Assembly: GCA_951406725.2 (NCBI GenBank)
Contig: OX597817.1
Location: forward strand, 124,496,001 to 124,560,000
Length of the DNA: 64,000 nt
Direction of reading: 5' to 3'
Source of the DNA: Octopus vulgaris
Taxonomy: Eukaryota
Part shown: in pieces, positions 26,978-41,285 of the stretch
How positions within the stretch are numbered: position 1 is the first letter of the stretch
How the letters are laid out: the number at the start of each line of letters is the position of its first letter
Notes under the pieces: generated by a model
The model's database searches: none
Told to the model about the DNA's origin: nothing
The model's input: the letters and a program-made list of their open reading frames with translations, nothing else
Program-made: the position numbers and the translations under genes

Positions 26978-27038
<61 letters not shown>

Positions 27039-27331
27039 TGTGGAGGGGCAATGGCCCAGTGGTTAGGGCAGCGAACTCACGGTCGGAGGATCGCGGTTTC
27101 GATTCCCAGACCGGGCGTTGTGTGTGTTTATTGAGCGAAAACACCTAAAAGCTTCATGAGGCTCTGGCAGGGTGGGGTGATCCCTGCTGTGCTCTTTCAC
27201 CACTCTTTCTTCTGTTGGCCTGCTCGCTTAGCCAGCAGGGTGGTGTCGTTCGAAGGCTAAAACAATGCAAACGCTTGTGACCAGCGATGTGTAACAACAT
27301 CTGATTGTCTGGTCGGTCACGTGATCACATG
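27039..27331 (+). mobile_element. tRNA-derived SINE family C (head type 1 plus tail X)
   Basis: tggcccagtggttag A box and ggtttcgattccc B box. Confidence 0.85.
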
Positions 27332-27385
<54 letters not shown>

Positions 27386-27432
27386 GGAAAAAAAAGTCAA
27401 GGTAGAAAATGCTACAATAATTTTATAACAAA

Positions 27433-27478
27433 CATTTCAGTACCGGTTTCAGTCATTGAGACTTTTTCAACTGTAAGT
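27433..27478 (-). ncRNA. Type I minimal hammerhead ribozyme, U3:A8 core variant
   Basis: Minus strand reads UUACAG UUGAAAA AGUC-UCAAU-GACU GAAA CCGG UA / CUGAAA, with palindromic helix III ACCGGU and one mismatch in helix I. Confidence 0.7.
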
Positions 27479-27855
27479 ATGGGAAATAATTAAATTTTGG
27501 AAAAATTAAAAGAAAAGATTTTTTTAAAAGAATACTTGCATAGTATTCAAATACAAGGGGCATTTTCCTTGTTTCTGCCTGTCTCTGTCTCTCTTGTTTA
27601 CTCTTGTACATGAGTAGCTGTGTGCTAACAACAGGTGCAAGAGTGGCTGTGTGGTAAGAAGCTTGCTTCCCAACCACATGGGTCCAGATAATGTTTATTT
27701 GATGGAGTGAGTGAGCTTATGTGAACACAAACATTTGACACTACAAACAAATCCTTTGTGTGGTTGTTTGGGAACAAATTGCCAAGCCATCATATATCGT
27801 CTAACAACGGGAGAGTCCATGTTATATATGTATATATATTCATATATATATATAT

Positions 27856-28262
27856 TCTCTTTTACTTCTTTCAGTCATTTGACTGTGGCCATGCTGGAGC
27901 ACAGCCTTTAGTCGAGCAAATCGACCCCAGGACTTATTCTTTGTAAGCCCAGTACTTATTCTAACGGTCTCTTTTGCCGAACCACTCGGTGACGGGGACG
28001 TAAACACACCAGCATTGGTTGTCAAGCAATGCTAGGGGAACAAAACACATACACACAAACACATACACACACAAATATATATATATATACATATATACGA
28101 CAGGCTTCTTTCAGTTTCCGTCTACCAAATCCACTCACAAGGCATTGGTCGGCCTGAGGCTATAGTAGAAGACACTTGCCCAAGGTGCCACGCAGTGGGA
28201 CTGAACCCGGAACCATGTGGTTGGTAAGCAAGCTATTTACCACACAGCCACTCCTGCACCTA
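27856..28262 (-). mobile_element. SINE family A
   Basis: Matches other family A copies. Confidence 0.92.
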
Positions 28263-28276
28263 TATTTATATATATA

Positions 28277-28663
28277 AATGGAAGCACTCCGTCGGTTACG
28301 ACAATGAGGGTTCCGGTTGATCCGAATCAACAGAACAGCCTGCTCGTGAAATTAACATGTAAGTGGCTGAGCACTCCACAGACATGTGTACCCTTAACGT
28401 GGTTCTCGGGGATATTCAGCGTGACACAGAGAGTGACAAGGCCGGCCCTTTGAAATACAGGTACAACAGAAACAGGAAGTAAGAGTGAGAGAAAGTTGTG
28501 GTGAAAGAGTACAACAGGGATCACCACCATCCCCTGCCGGAGCCTCGTGGAGCTTTAGGTGTTTTCGCTCAATAAAGACTCACAACGCCCGGTCTGGGAA
28601 TCAAAACCGCGATCCTATGACCGCGAGTCCGCTGCCCTAACCACTGGGCCATTGCGCCTCCAC

Positions 28664-28664
<1 letters not shown>
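28277..28664 (-). mobile_element. SINE family C (head type 1 plus tail Y)
   Basis: The first ~160 nt match 27039-27200 and the tail differs. Confidence 0.88.
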
Positions 28665-28701
<37 letters not shown>

Positions 28702-29079
28702 CAAAAATGTGTGTGTGCATATTTGTGTCTGTGTTTGTCTCCCACCACCACCACCACCACCTCCACTTGACAACCAGTGTTGGTGTATTTGCCTCCCTAT
28801 AACTTAGTGGTTTAGTAAAAAAGACCAATAGAATAAATACCTCTTCATAGGTACCCTTTAAGAAACACTAATGTAAGGAAAAATCTAGTATCTGATTGGC
28901 ATGAAGAGATTGAAGCAGAGCTAAACCAGGCATATACAACAACACCAACAACAATCACAGCTACAAAAACAACAACAACAACAATATGTGTGTGTATAAG
29001 AGAATGATTTCATCTAAATTAAAGCTCATTCTTTTCCATTTATCTTTGAATGTATCCTTGGCTAAGATGATGATGATGA

Positions 29080-29143
<64 letters not shown>

Positions 29144-29732
29144 TATATATATTGTCTCCTCTATATTTAGCACCCTGTGGGCAATAAATAAATACACACA
29201 CACATACACACACATATATATATACATACATACACACACACTTTGAATGCGTTCTTAACTAGGTTGATGATGATGATGATGATGTGTGTGTGTGTGTGTC
29301 TGTGTGTGTGTGTGTGTCTGTGTGTGTGTGTGTGTGTGTATTCTCATTCTTGTACATGTAGTAAAGATAAAATCGGGAATAAAAATAATAATAGAAGCTG
29401 CTGAGTGTATTTTTGTTTAACTGATTGGAATATATGGTTTTACTGTCAGGACATTATATTAGGACATTAATTTTTAATTTTGTTTGTTTGTGTCAGTGCA
29501 CTTTTATTATTTACTTCAGCTAAGTTTAAATATGACTACAGAATGAAGACAGGAAAGTATTAGCGAGGAAAAAAAATCCCTTGAAAAACAAAAATCTAAA
29601 ACACTGAAAAATGATGAAAATTATATTGTTGATATTATTGCACTATTAAGTTTTTTTGTAAAGAAACACCACCCTCCACATAGTTTTCTCTAGATTTATG
29701 TCACTTACCCACATGTGAACACACACACTCAT

Positions 29733-29767
<35 letters not shown>

Positions 29768-29882
29768 CGTGCGTGCACACTCCCTTTCTCTCACACACAA
29801 ACATTTTCTCTTGTATAAATTGTGCTACTTTGTCAAATGTGTACTTTACTGACTTTTAAAGAATTATCGAAGCATAAAACAA

Positions 29883-29981
<99 letters not shown>

Positions 29982-30466
29982 TATAAAAAAAGGGGGAAAT
30001 AGTGATATAAATTTTAAAGATTACTAAGAAAAATCCAAAGTTTAAAAAACATAAATTAAAAACTAAGATCTATATCATTTTTCTATCCCGCTATTTCTTC
30101 TTGTCTACCTTTACAAGCTCACACTGTTTTGCATTCTTCATTATTTTCATTCAGCTTCTCAAACACAGCCAATGTGTGGCTTGTTTCTCAGACATAGTCA
30201 CTACTATCTTTCTTAAAATTTTCCTTGTTTTCTCTTCAGTGAAAAAAAAAGGGTTCTGCCTAAAATTTTGGATAGTTCGCTCCTCTCAGCAATTTCACTA
30301 AACACTTTTTGGCATTTTTTTTCCTAATATATCATTCATCACTTACTTGCTGCTTATTTTTTCATAAGTCTCTTTCACCAGACAGCTAAGTTATAAGGAT
30401 GTAATTATGGTTGTCAGGCAGTGGTGGAGACAATCACAAAGACATACAAATGTAAACATACATACA

Positions 30467-30590
<124 letters not shown>

Positions 30591-30755
30591 ATTATTATAA
30601 TAATAATAATATGAGGGAATATTATTCCAAACATAATAATATAAATTAATATAAAATATATATATATATTATATATATATATATATATATTATATATTAT
30701 TATAATAATTACAGGGAAAAATTCAATTTAGAAATACTAAATCAAATTTAACAAA

Positions 30756-30790
<35 letters not shown>

Positions 30791-30794
<4 letters not shown>

Positions 30795-31006
30795 TAGAAA
30801 AAAAAACACCTTTTATCAATTCAATAATGAAAAATTAAATTATACCATTTAGAAAAATTACATATTATAGAAAGATTAAATATAAGATAAAACATTACTT
30901 AATCATCATTATATGTTTTATCTTATATTTAATCTTTCTTTAATATGTAATATTTCTAAATGGCATAATTTAATTTTTCATTATTGAATTGATTTTTTTC
31001 TAATTT
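30791..31006. repeat. AT-rich palindrome with about 80-bp arms and a 17-nt loop
   Basis: caattcaataatgaaaaattaaattat...ataagataaaacat is mirrored by atgttttatcttat...ttttcattattgaattg. Confidence 0.9.
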
Positions 31007-31785
31007 ATATATATATATATATGCTGTGCTTGGGAAGACCTGTCAAGCTAAGTGAAATCATAGTCATGACACCATGCTAGTGGCACATAAAAAGTACCAT
31101 TCGAGCATAGATTCTCAACGAGGCAGCAACAGATGACTGAGACCTTTGGTAATAGATTGTGCCTGAGAAGACATGTTAAGATAAGTGAGATCGTAGTTGT
31201 GGCTGATGTTGGTGTTACGTAACTGACACCCATGCCAGTGGCATATAAAAGCATCTACCTCACTCTTGGAGTGGTTAGCATTAGGAAGAGCATCCAGCCA
31301 CAGAAACCATACCAAATCAGATTGGAATCTAATGCAGCTCTCCAGCTTACCAGTTCTCAGTCAAAACCATCCAACCCATACAAGCGTGGAAAATGGACAT
31401 TAGATAATGATGATGATGATGACATACAAGAGCTAGTTTAGCTATGAACTTCTATGTCATAAGAGACAGCTAATTTTCATTCTTTGTTTTCTTTTTCCAT
31501 TTTTATCCTCCATTTGTCTTTTCATTTCACTTATTGCATCAATCTTCTACACAATTTTTCTTTGTGGTTTCTCATGTATCAATCTCCTGATTTTCAAATA
31601 GAACAAACCATGTGCTCAGAGCCCGAGGATTGCTTGGAGGCACTAGACACATTACAAAATCTAGCTATGTTTCTTAATAGCAAGAAATCCTTAGTAGCTC
31701 TTATTTTAATACAGTGTACATTAAATGATATTTATCTCCCTCTGAAGGGAGTACTTTTTTTATATCGCCTCTTAACAGAACAGTA

Positions 31786-31820
<35 letters not shown>

Positions 31821-32014
31821 TAAGCACACACACACACACATACGGATATAAGTGTTGGAAATTGTAGTTGTGACACCTGTGCCGGTGGCACATAAACAGC
31901 ACCATCCGAATGTGGCTGATGCCAGCGCTGCCTACTGGCTTCCATGCTGGTGGCATGAAAAATGGAGTTAAATGATGGTGATGATGATGATGATGATATA
32001 TGTATATTGGATAA

Positions 32015-32325
32015 AGACTCTCTTTGGTCATAAGTGACCATGGGATTGCACTTAGAAAGTTCCTCTCCAAGGTGCAAGTCCAGGTGAGGTTGATTGTGGA
32101 AGATCAGCAGTTGCCTATGCATAACAGCCACTCCTCTAAACACCACCAATGTTATCTAAGGGAAAGGCAAAGGCTGATACATGTTGGTATCAGTGATGTC
32201 GTAACTCATTTCTACAGGTAAGTGAACTAGAGCAACATGAAATAAAGTGTCTTGCTCAAGAACACAACACACAACCTAGTCCCAGAATTGAACTCACAAC
32301 CTTATGATTATAGGCCTGAGCTATG
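32015..32325 (-). mobile_element. Older SINE (head type 2 plus tail Z)
   Basis: Head is shared with 23670-23800, with a B-box-like gagttcaattc on the minus strand. Confidence 0.7.
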
Positions 32326-32437
32326 TACCATATAAGGTAATATAATATAATATAATATGATATGATATATATATATATAAATTTCTGTTGATTCACTAGA
32401 ACTGATAAAGAACAGGACTCAATACAAACGTAGAGTT

Positions 32438-32659
32438 CAGTAATCCCATGCCATATCGTGATTCACCTATTGTGGTTTATTGTTTAAGCTTATATTGATT
32501 GCTCCGTGGTGTTGTTTTGCATTTATAATAAAATAAATATATACAAATTATAAAAATAATAAAAAAGTATACAGTACAGTACTGTTTCTACTTTGCAGAT
32601 TTTCACCTGTCATGGGATGGTTTTGGAACGTAACACCTGCAGTAGTTGAAGGATTACTG
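32438..32659. mobile_element. Tigger/pogo-like MITE
   Basis: Ends cagtaatcc...ggattactg followed by TA, with an AT-rich interior. Confidence 0.65.
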
Positions 32660-33236
32660 TATTCTTTAATATGTCATAACTGAAAGGCTCTGTTTTCCAG
32701 TACTCAGAGCTACTCATTTCTGATGATCAACTTGTAAACCAAGCCTGGTTTTCCTTTGAATATCCACTGTCTGAATAGTTTTTGAAGTATGAACGAAAGT
32801 TTGAAGAAAATGCTTATCTTTATGTTCGTTCACTTAAAAGCCTTAGTGAACAACTCATATGTAAATGATTGCTTGAAGCTCATGCTTTGATTTCATTTAT
32901 TAAAATGAGAATATTTAGGATTTTGCTATCATAATAAAGTGAACCGAACTGCTTAGAATTTTGGCTCAGTTTCTTACATTGTGATGACTATATATTAGAT
33001 TGATTTCATCTCTGGAATTTGTAAGCATAGCTACAAAATAACTATGTGCAATGTTTTATTCCTCAGTTTTATTGTTTTAAGAAATGCTGTATAAGAAGAT
33101 AATGGATCCTTGGATTCGTTTTGACCAAATTCTAAGTAAAAGTATCTGTTGATTTTATGAGTGATTTTTAATTTAGATTACTGTGGTTCTAAGAACCTTA
33201 TATGTGTGTATGTGTGTGTATGAGTGCATGTGATGT

Positions 33237-33272
<36 letters not shown>

Positions 33273-34421
33273 GAATGTGTGTGTGTTTGTATGTATAAAT
33301 GAGGAGCTGAATGGCATATCATTTAGGCCTATACCACTGCATTCAATCTGTACCTGTCAAGTCTTCCGTATGTTACATCTTCCTAACACACATTCCTCCT
33401 TCTGTCCCCTAAATTTCGGTTCTATTTCCACAGCTACTGTAATCTTATGAGAACAAACTGCATATATTTTATTCCTGCATTTGTGGTACCAGTTATCACT
33501 CTCTTTGGAGCCACTTACTTTGTCACTCATGCCACATTTGCACCAATATCCCTTAACACTTTATTTCTCATTGAACACTGTTGAAAACCCAAACCCGCAA
33601 ACACCATTTTTTGTCATTTATTAATACAACCCCTACATATCTCTGATCACCCTCTCTGACACTGTGCATCCTCTTTCTCTTCACCTTGAACTTGAACATC
33701 ATTTCCCTATTTCTCATTTATCTACTGTTTTATTATACTATTGCTCTCCCCACACCATATATTTTCTGCTACTTATCACCTCTTCCCTGACCTACTCCTA
33801 TTTTCCGCTACCTTCTCCCCAAACCGATTTCACCATTGACCACATTTCCACCAATATTTACCTTCCACTGAATTCACCCCTATGACCATTTTTGTCCATT
33901 TGTCACTCTCCTTTTACACATTCATGGATCTGCCCATCCAGCCTTCTTCAAAATTCAGCCCCTTTTCTCTCTTTACCACCACCTTGTACCTTAAAAATAT
34001 GACCTGCCACCTCATCTCCACTGTCATTTCTCTCTTTCCAGCTAAGGTAGGGATACATCTCTTCTATACCAAAAAACCACTTCCAGTTCCTCTATCATAC
34101 TTTAGCTTCTCAATACCTAGCGCAAAGCCACCTAAAAGCTGCACCTTTACTCATCAAAGGATTTTGTCATGTCAGTTACATGGTGACTTCACTTGTGCTC
34201 AGGCTCCCTACAAATGACCCAGTACATTCTGTAAAGTAGTTGGCATTAAGAAGAACATTCGACCATAGAAACTGTGCCAAAGCATGCTCTTAACGCTGTC
34301 TTCTGGCTAGCTGAATCCTATTCAAACGTCCAAACCAAGTTAGTAGGGAAGATAAACATTAATGAAGATAATCATGATGAAGATGATGATGATGGTAATG
34401 ATGATATCCATATACTACAAC

Positions 34422-35360
34422 CAAGGCCGTTGCATGACTTTTAGTGGTCCCCTGCAACTTTTTATTTTGAGACCCCATCTCTTCAATTAAATTTCACAAC
34501 CTACGTACCTTTTAATCACAGCTATATTCTACTTTATTCTATCTGAAGTTCAATATTTCACATTATCCAAAAGAACGTCTTTAAAATGACAAGTTGAATT
34601 TATTTAGGGCTGGAACTATCGTATTATTTCCCGTTTAGGAAGGCCAACATCTAATAGGGTTAATATTGAGTCAATGGACTCACAAATATCAGAAGACAAG
34701 CATTTCAAAATAACAACAGTGAAGTATAGTTGTCTCAGCTTTTGCATGCAAAGAAGTTTATTCAAGAACATTTTTTGTGTTTTAAACACAAAAAAAATTT
34801 CAGTCCAAAACAAAAGTAGACCATATTAAATTATATATTTGTGAAAAATAGATGTGAATATTCTCAAAGATAACAGTTGAAAAAGTTTTTTTTTAAATTC
34901 TATATTTCACTGTTTTCTTTTGAAATATTTCGATTGGATAGACAATTCTACACTTCAAACTGTAAAGTCAAAATACCAATGACGCAAAATATGAAGAATT
35001 TCTTACCATTCTCTGAAATGACAAATTCAAGGAAAAATGCTACTTTGCAAAATAAAATACATCCATCACAAACTAGTGACAACTGAAGAATTGAGATGCC
35101 TGGTGACAGTGAGCAAATAATATCTATATACCTATATATAGACATAGGTAGATACTTACACATACATACATACACACACAAACTTCTGTATGTGTGCACA
35201 CATGCATTCCTTGTTTTTGGTACAGAAAGAATTTTGTCTCCAGTTTTTATTGCCTTAGGAGATCAAAGGCCACTGTTCTGAGCACAAAGTGTCCAGCTAA
35301 AGAGAGAGAGAGAGAAATGAAGACAGAAAGACAGAGAGATGTGTGTCTGTTTGGTACACG

Positions 35361-35423
<63 letters not shown>

Positions 35424-35554
35424 CTACCTATCTATCTATCTGACTGTCTGTCTGTCTGTCTCTCTATATGTATGTATGTATTTATGTATGTATGTATGTA
35501 TGTATGTATGTATGTATGTATGTATGTATGTATGTATGTATGTATGTATGTATG

Positions 35555-35650
<96 letters not shown>

Positions 35651-36390
35651 CGTATTGACCTGAGCTGACCAAAGCCTTGTGAATTGGTTTGGTAGACAGA
35701 AACAGAAAAAAGCCAGTCGTATATATGTGTGTCATTATCATCATCATCATCGTTTAGCGTCCGCTTTCCATGCTGGCATGGGTTGGACGGTGCAACTGGG
35801 GTCTGGGAAGCCAGAAGGCTGCACCAGGCCCAGTCTGATCTGGCAATGTTTCTACGGCTGGATGCCCTTTCTAACGCCAACCACTCCATGAGTGTAGTGG
35901 GTGCTTTTTACATGCCACCGGCACAGAGGCCAGGCGAGGCTGGCAAACGGCCACGATCGGATGTTTCTTTTTACGTGCCACTGGCACGGAAGCCAGTCGG
36001 GATGTATGTATGTATGAATAAATGTGTGTACATATGCCTTGTGTGTATTTTTGTATGCATGTATAAGTGCACAGCACTACCATTGCTTCTTTTTCTTGTC
36101 TTTTCTGTTGAAGTTGTTCTTATTTTCATTGTTTCGGATTTCGTCCATTTTTCTTTTATCTCCCTAGGAAATTCATTGACAAGCTTTTCTCATTTAACTT
36201 TTTTGTTTCTTTTAAATTTATTTACGGTACACCTTCATATCTTTTTCCTTGTTTGGCTTGAAATTTTCTATTAACATCTTAACCAAAGTAAATAGATGAC
36301 TCATCTATGTACTTTGATTTTAACATGGGGCCCCTCAACTGCAGAGGCTCCCTGTGACTGCAGGGGTTGCAGGGGTTAGTGACAGCACTG
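34422..36390. mobile_element. Old hAT-type non-autonomous element with nested repeats
   Basis: Degenerate GC-rich termini caaggccgttgc and gtgacagcactg, subterminal cccctgcaac and gttgcagggg, and 8-bp flanks actacaac and actataat (6/8 match). Confidence 0.55.
35361..35650 (+). repeat. Compound (TATC)n-(TATG)n-(TATC)n microsatellite
   Basis: Direct reading. Confidence 0.97.
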
Positions 36391-37593
36391 ACTATAATTG
36401 AAAGGCTCATAATTCCAGTACTCTGAGTATTATATTTCTGATTATTTAATTTGTAAGCTAAACCTATTTTCTCTTGTCTTACCAACTGTTTGAAAAAACC
36501 GACGTATATCAACTTCCATGAGTAATTAGTATCAAGGCATAAGACTTTACTAGAAAAATGATGTAACATGAAAAAATATCTTTAAAAAATTTATTAGCTA
36601 ATACCTGTTTTAATAACTGGTTTGTGTATATTTTCACATGTAGTTTATTTGGTTTCATTTTCAGTACTGTTACTTAAGTGGCATTAAAAAAAAAATTCTA
36701 TGCTTTTAAAATATGTGCACTGAAACTGATATGAAGTTGGATAATCAACTGAATTTAAAAAACAAAAAAAAAAATGTAAAGTTGAAAAGACATAACTCAA
36801 AATGATGCAAGTTGAGGTATGCCTGCATTATGAATTATTATATGAAAGTTATGACAAAAACACTTATCTTTATGTTTTACTAAAAAGATAACTCAGGAGA
36901 GATATGTGCAAAAGCAGCTGTTTCAAGCTAACATTTTTCATTTCATTTCTGTCTCTCATGAGAATACTCCAAATGTATTAAACTTCACACAAGCTAGGTC
37001 ATTCTGATAATTACCCTCGTGAAATTGTATTGTTGTTTAAATAAATTTTTAAAAGCAATTTATGTGTGTGCATATACACATACACACACACGCATAGCAT
37101 AAATGCAAAGACATAGAATAACATATATATATATGTATGTATGAATGTGTGTGTGTGTGTTAAAAACTTCAAAACCAATGTTTCCACTCTCTGAACCAGG
37201 ACAAAATTTCAAGGAGATTATTACTTGCATAAAACATACTTCACTTTAAGCATAAAATGAACTAACGATTCCATCTTTTGCTCAAACCATTACAGCATTG
37301 AAATGCGTTTCTTAATTATTTTGCTCAAAGGTCGCTCTGCATTTTTTTTATGTGAAGCTACTGTTTTGGTATAGTTGTGCCTTATCTACAATCAGTCAAT
37401 AACTTTGAATATGTAAAGATATATCTCATCAAGAGTCATATCAGTTTTTGACTAAACCCTCCCATATTTTTTATCAGAGTTGACAAATGAATGTGTCTGA
37501 ATGTATTCATGAAAATGATGTTTTAATTCATTTCATTTGCTGTACTATATACTTTAGGCTCATCTCTGATATATCTACTTTAGCACTGTATAT

Positions 37594-37818
37594 TACTCTT
37601 TACTCTCTTTTACTTGTTTCAGTCATTTGACTGCGGCCATGCTGGAGCACCGCCTTTAATTGAGCAACTCGACCCCGGGACTTATTCTTTTGTAATCCCA
37701 GTACTTATTCTATCAGTCTCTTTTGCCAAACCACTAAGTAACGGGGACATAAACACACCAGCATTGGTTGTCAAGCAATGCTAGTGGGACAAACACAGAC
37801 ACACAAACACACACATGC

Positions 37819-37851
<33 letters not shown>

Positions 37852-38018
37852 TACGATGGGCTTCTTTCAGTTTCCATCTACCAAATCCACTCACAAGGCT
37901 TTGGTCGGCCCGAGGCTATAGTAGAAGACACTTGCCCAAGGAGCCCCACAGTGGGACTGAACCCAAAACCATGTGGTTGGTAAACAAGCTAGTTACCACA
38001 CAGCCACTCCTGCACCTA
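37594..38018 (-). mobile_element. SINE family A
   Basis: Matches other family A copies. Confidence 0.92.
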
Positions 38019-39249
38019 TGTCAACTTTGTCAGACAGTTACCATCTAGTAGGAAATTCCTGCAAGCACTGAAGTTGCATGGTTGTTGTTGGGCAACCAGT
38101 TGCCCATTTTTTCATTTAGCTTTGCAGCATCATAACTTCTGATATAGCAAGCAAAATATTTAGTAGCGGAATAATTAATCTAAATACACTTCTTTTTTAA
38201 TATCCTACTATACTTGCACTCTGGAAGAAAGAAATTCCCTCAATTCATTTAAACCTTTGAATTTATCACCAGCAGGGTTATCCAGTTTAATAAAAAAAAT
38301 GCTAATGATGGCAATACTACTATTATACCTTGTGAATAGAATTTGGCACCACATCATGTTTGTATATGCACACATATCTGAATGTGATAATTTTTCATAA
38401 ATGTGTGTGTGTGTATGTATTCAGTCACATATGCACATGTGCACCCACACACACGTGCATGTATATTTGTCTGTATGGCTTTCATAAATGTACATCAGAC
38501 TGAAAATCAAATAAAAAACTGGTGCTTTTTGAAAAATTTTTAATTATGATTTGTTCTGCACTGTATTACATGAACCCCCCTTGTCACTTTTGTTGTCAGT
38601 AATGTAATTAACCAGTGATTGTCTCACTGTAAACTTGAAACCTACTTTATTATCAGTCCCCCTGTTAACAAACTGCAGTAAAAAAAATATCAGGTCATAT
38701 AATAAATAACTATAGGTCACTCTTGATCAAATGAACTTCTGATCAAAGGCATCGCAGCCATGACCATTACTTAGTTCTTCAATCCTTCTGAATCCTAAAC
38801 TGCATTCCCCATTTCTCAAACTTTTACAATGTTACTTTGTGGTTGAGAAAGATTTTCACTGCTATCTTTAATGCATTGAACAACCATGCAGAAACATATT
38901 CAACGTACAGTACAACATTATGCGCATGATTAGAAATATTAATTCTTTTGATAACATCAATGCAACCACACTCAGCTATCAGATCATGATTTTCAACACA
39001 GCTGTACTTGTCTAGATGTAATGTAAAATGTTGATGAAAACAAGTCAGAATTTAGAAAAAGAGTTTTTGTTTCTCTTTTGGATAACTTTGACATATGAAT
39101 TAAAATTGTCAAACTAACATTCAAGTAACTTTATATATTTATTTGAAAATACTAATGAAATTAAGCAGTGATACATCACATTTACGGTATTTTTTCATCT
39201 ACAAGCACACACACACTCATACACACACACATATATATATATATATACA

Positions 39250-39935
39250 TCAGAAAACTTAATTTACGTGTTAACATGCGCAGGGTGCAATAAGCAGTAT
39301 ATAGGCCATGCAAAAAACAGCCTATGAAAAAGGATGGCAGTTCATAAATCCCAAATTAGGAATCCTGAATACAGGAAAATACCAGTCAGATAGATGTGGT
39401 TCAAATCAAAATCCCAAATTCACAACTTTCCCACTTTACAAATTCAGTGACAGCGTAACCTTCACTCAACACCAAAATAAAGAACTTTATTTTATTAGAA
39501 AATTCGGACCAAGTTTGAACACCCTGGACCAGGAACATTAAAACAATATATTGGTCTTCCGAAAAGAAAGATGGAATTCAACCACTACCACCACGATCAC
39601 TACTACTGCTGCTACTATTGCTACTACTACAACCACCATGGTCACTACTATTACTACTACGATCAACAGTCTTCCACTGCTGCTGCTACAACCAATGAGC
39701 TGCTGCAACCCCAACCACCACCACAGTTACTACTACTATAACCAACAGTCACTGCTGCTACTGCCATTTCAGCCACTGACCATTACCATAGTTTTATTCG
39801 ATCACATAAGACAGCCATTATGCTTACTCCCCACAAAAAACCGCCACGTGGATTCTGTTGAGACCAGTAAGAAATATTTATGAACTTTTTTATTACACTT
39901 AACTTTTAAAAATATTTTTGGTAAGGTTCGTTTTT
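39250..39935 (+). mobile_element. Penelope-like element 3' fragment (GIY-YIG endonuclease plus tail)
   Basis: SENLIYVLTCAGCNKQYIGHAKNSL*KRMAVHKSQIRNPEYRKIP, then FPLYKF...NKELYFIRKFGPSLN; the IY...YIG motif is explicit. Confidence 0.9.
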
Positions 39936-40006
39936 TTCAAGAAGAACTGAAACATGTAAAATTTCTAAGAAGATTAAAATGTATCTTATATAGTGGCATT
40001 TTCAAA

Positions 40007-40074
<68 letters not shown>

Positions 40075-40419
40075 TATGTAAGGTCCTGGTAGGATGTAGA
40101 GAGTTTTCTTTGTTTTCTTCTTATCATTTGGGTGGGTGGGTGTGTCTGCATGTGTGTGCTTGCACATATGTTGAAAATATATATGACTTATGGTAATATG
40201 TTCATCCATATTAGTGCTCAGGTTGACTTGCTGATTAAGCTCCAGGTTGAACTGCAGCTAAAAAAGCAGGGATGTTATAGCTGCTTAATGAAGATTAGCT
40301 ATAAGTGGTTTATCAATGAGCAGATATGTGTATAATAGAATAAAGAGGCAACAAGAAAAACAACTGTTATCAGGGTAGATAATGACATTCATTTATTTAC
40401 ATAGTGACACAACATGAGG

Positions 40420-41285
40420 AGAAAAATTGAATGTTACAGGAGTTTTGATCATGATAGACTGATAAAAGATTAGCTGAGCAATGTTCATAATGGTTATAGA
40501 ACAGTTGTATGGTCAGTGTTGGTAGGATAACATGTGGTTGATGCATGGTTGAAGAATGTTTGCGAGGAAAGAAAGGTTGGATGATGTACATAAAAATGAC
40601 TGATTTACATAAGAATGGGTATGATGATACGGAGGTGATTGATATACAGAAGAACAGAATGGAAGACAAAACCAAATGCTGGGGCTCACCAAGCTTGTCT
40701 GAGAATGGGATGGAAGACTTTTATCAAGAAACATTTTGATAATATAATTTGAAAGGAAGCTACTAATCCAAATAATGAGAGAGATAGAGAGATATAGATG
40801 GGAAGTTGGTTTTGAATAGAGATTCACGTCAGACACAGCTGAAAACTTTATTGATGCCAAGGGCAACAACATTGATTTCATTGAATTTCTCTAAAGTGTG
40901 TGTCTATTTGTTGATGTCAAGAAAGTAGTTCTCCAGTGGATCTGGCTCTCCAAAAACAGTGATAGCACTTGTAATTGGGAAGAAAGATATTCAAAATATC
41001 AGAGGACTTCATTGTTAATCGTTATTTCCATTACCATTCAGATATTAGAAATGACTGCAACGAGATAATAGTTGGCAAGGCCAGGGTAGTTGTCTTTCTT
41101 AGGAATTGGATGCACTCTAATGTATTTTTAAAGATAAGGGTATATTACTGGAAAGATAGTGAGTACTATGTATTTGTTAAATGTTTGCTTATACTAAATG
41201 AAACTAGTTGTAGAGATTTTAGTGGATTTTTTCCTATCTCTGTGTAATATATCAAGGGGCCAGTTACCTTGATAGGCCCTATCTT
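40420..41285 (-). mobile_element. Ancient CR1/L2/Jockey-group RT fragment
   Basis: Minus strand gives VHPIPKKD, FWRARSTGELL, VVALGINKVFSCV* (LDISKAFDRVW equivalent), WISSFLS and GEPQHLVLSSILF. Confidence 0.75.

Noticed and set aside
27039-27115. tRNA gene
   Set aside because: The tRNA-like head continues into SINE body sequence and recurs at 28664, so it is a SINE head.
31601-31790. Exon after a pyrimidine tract (EQTMCSEPEDCLEALDTLQNL...)
   Set aside because: No recognisable homology or donor site, and it runs into a microsatellite.
34035-34090. Hammerhead-like remnant in a pyrimidine-rich repeat
   Set aside because: The core box and GAAA are both absent and the helices are unconvincing.
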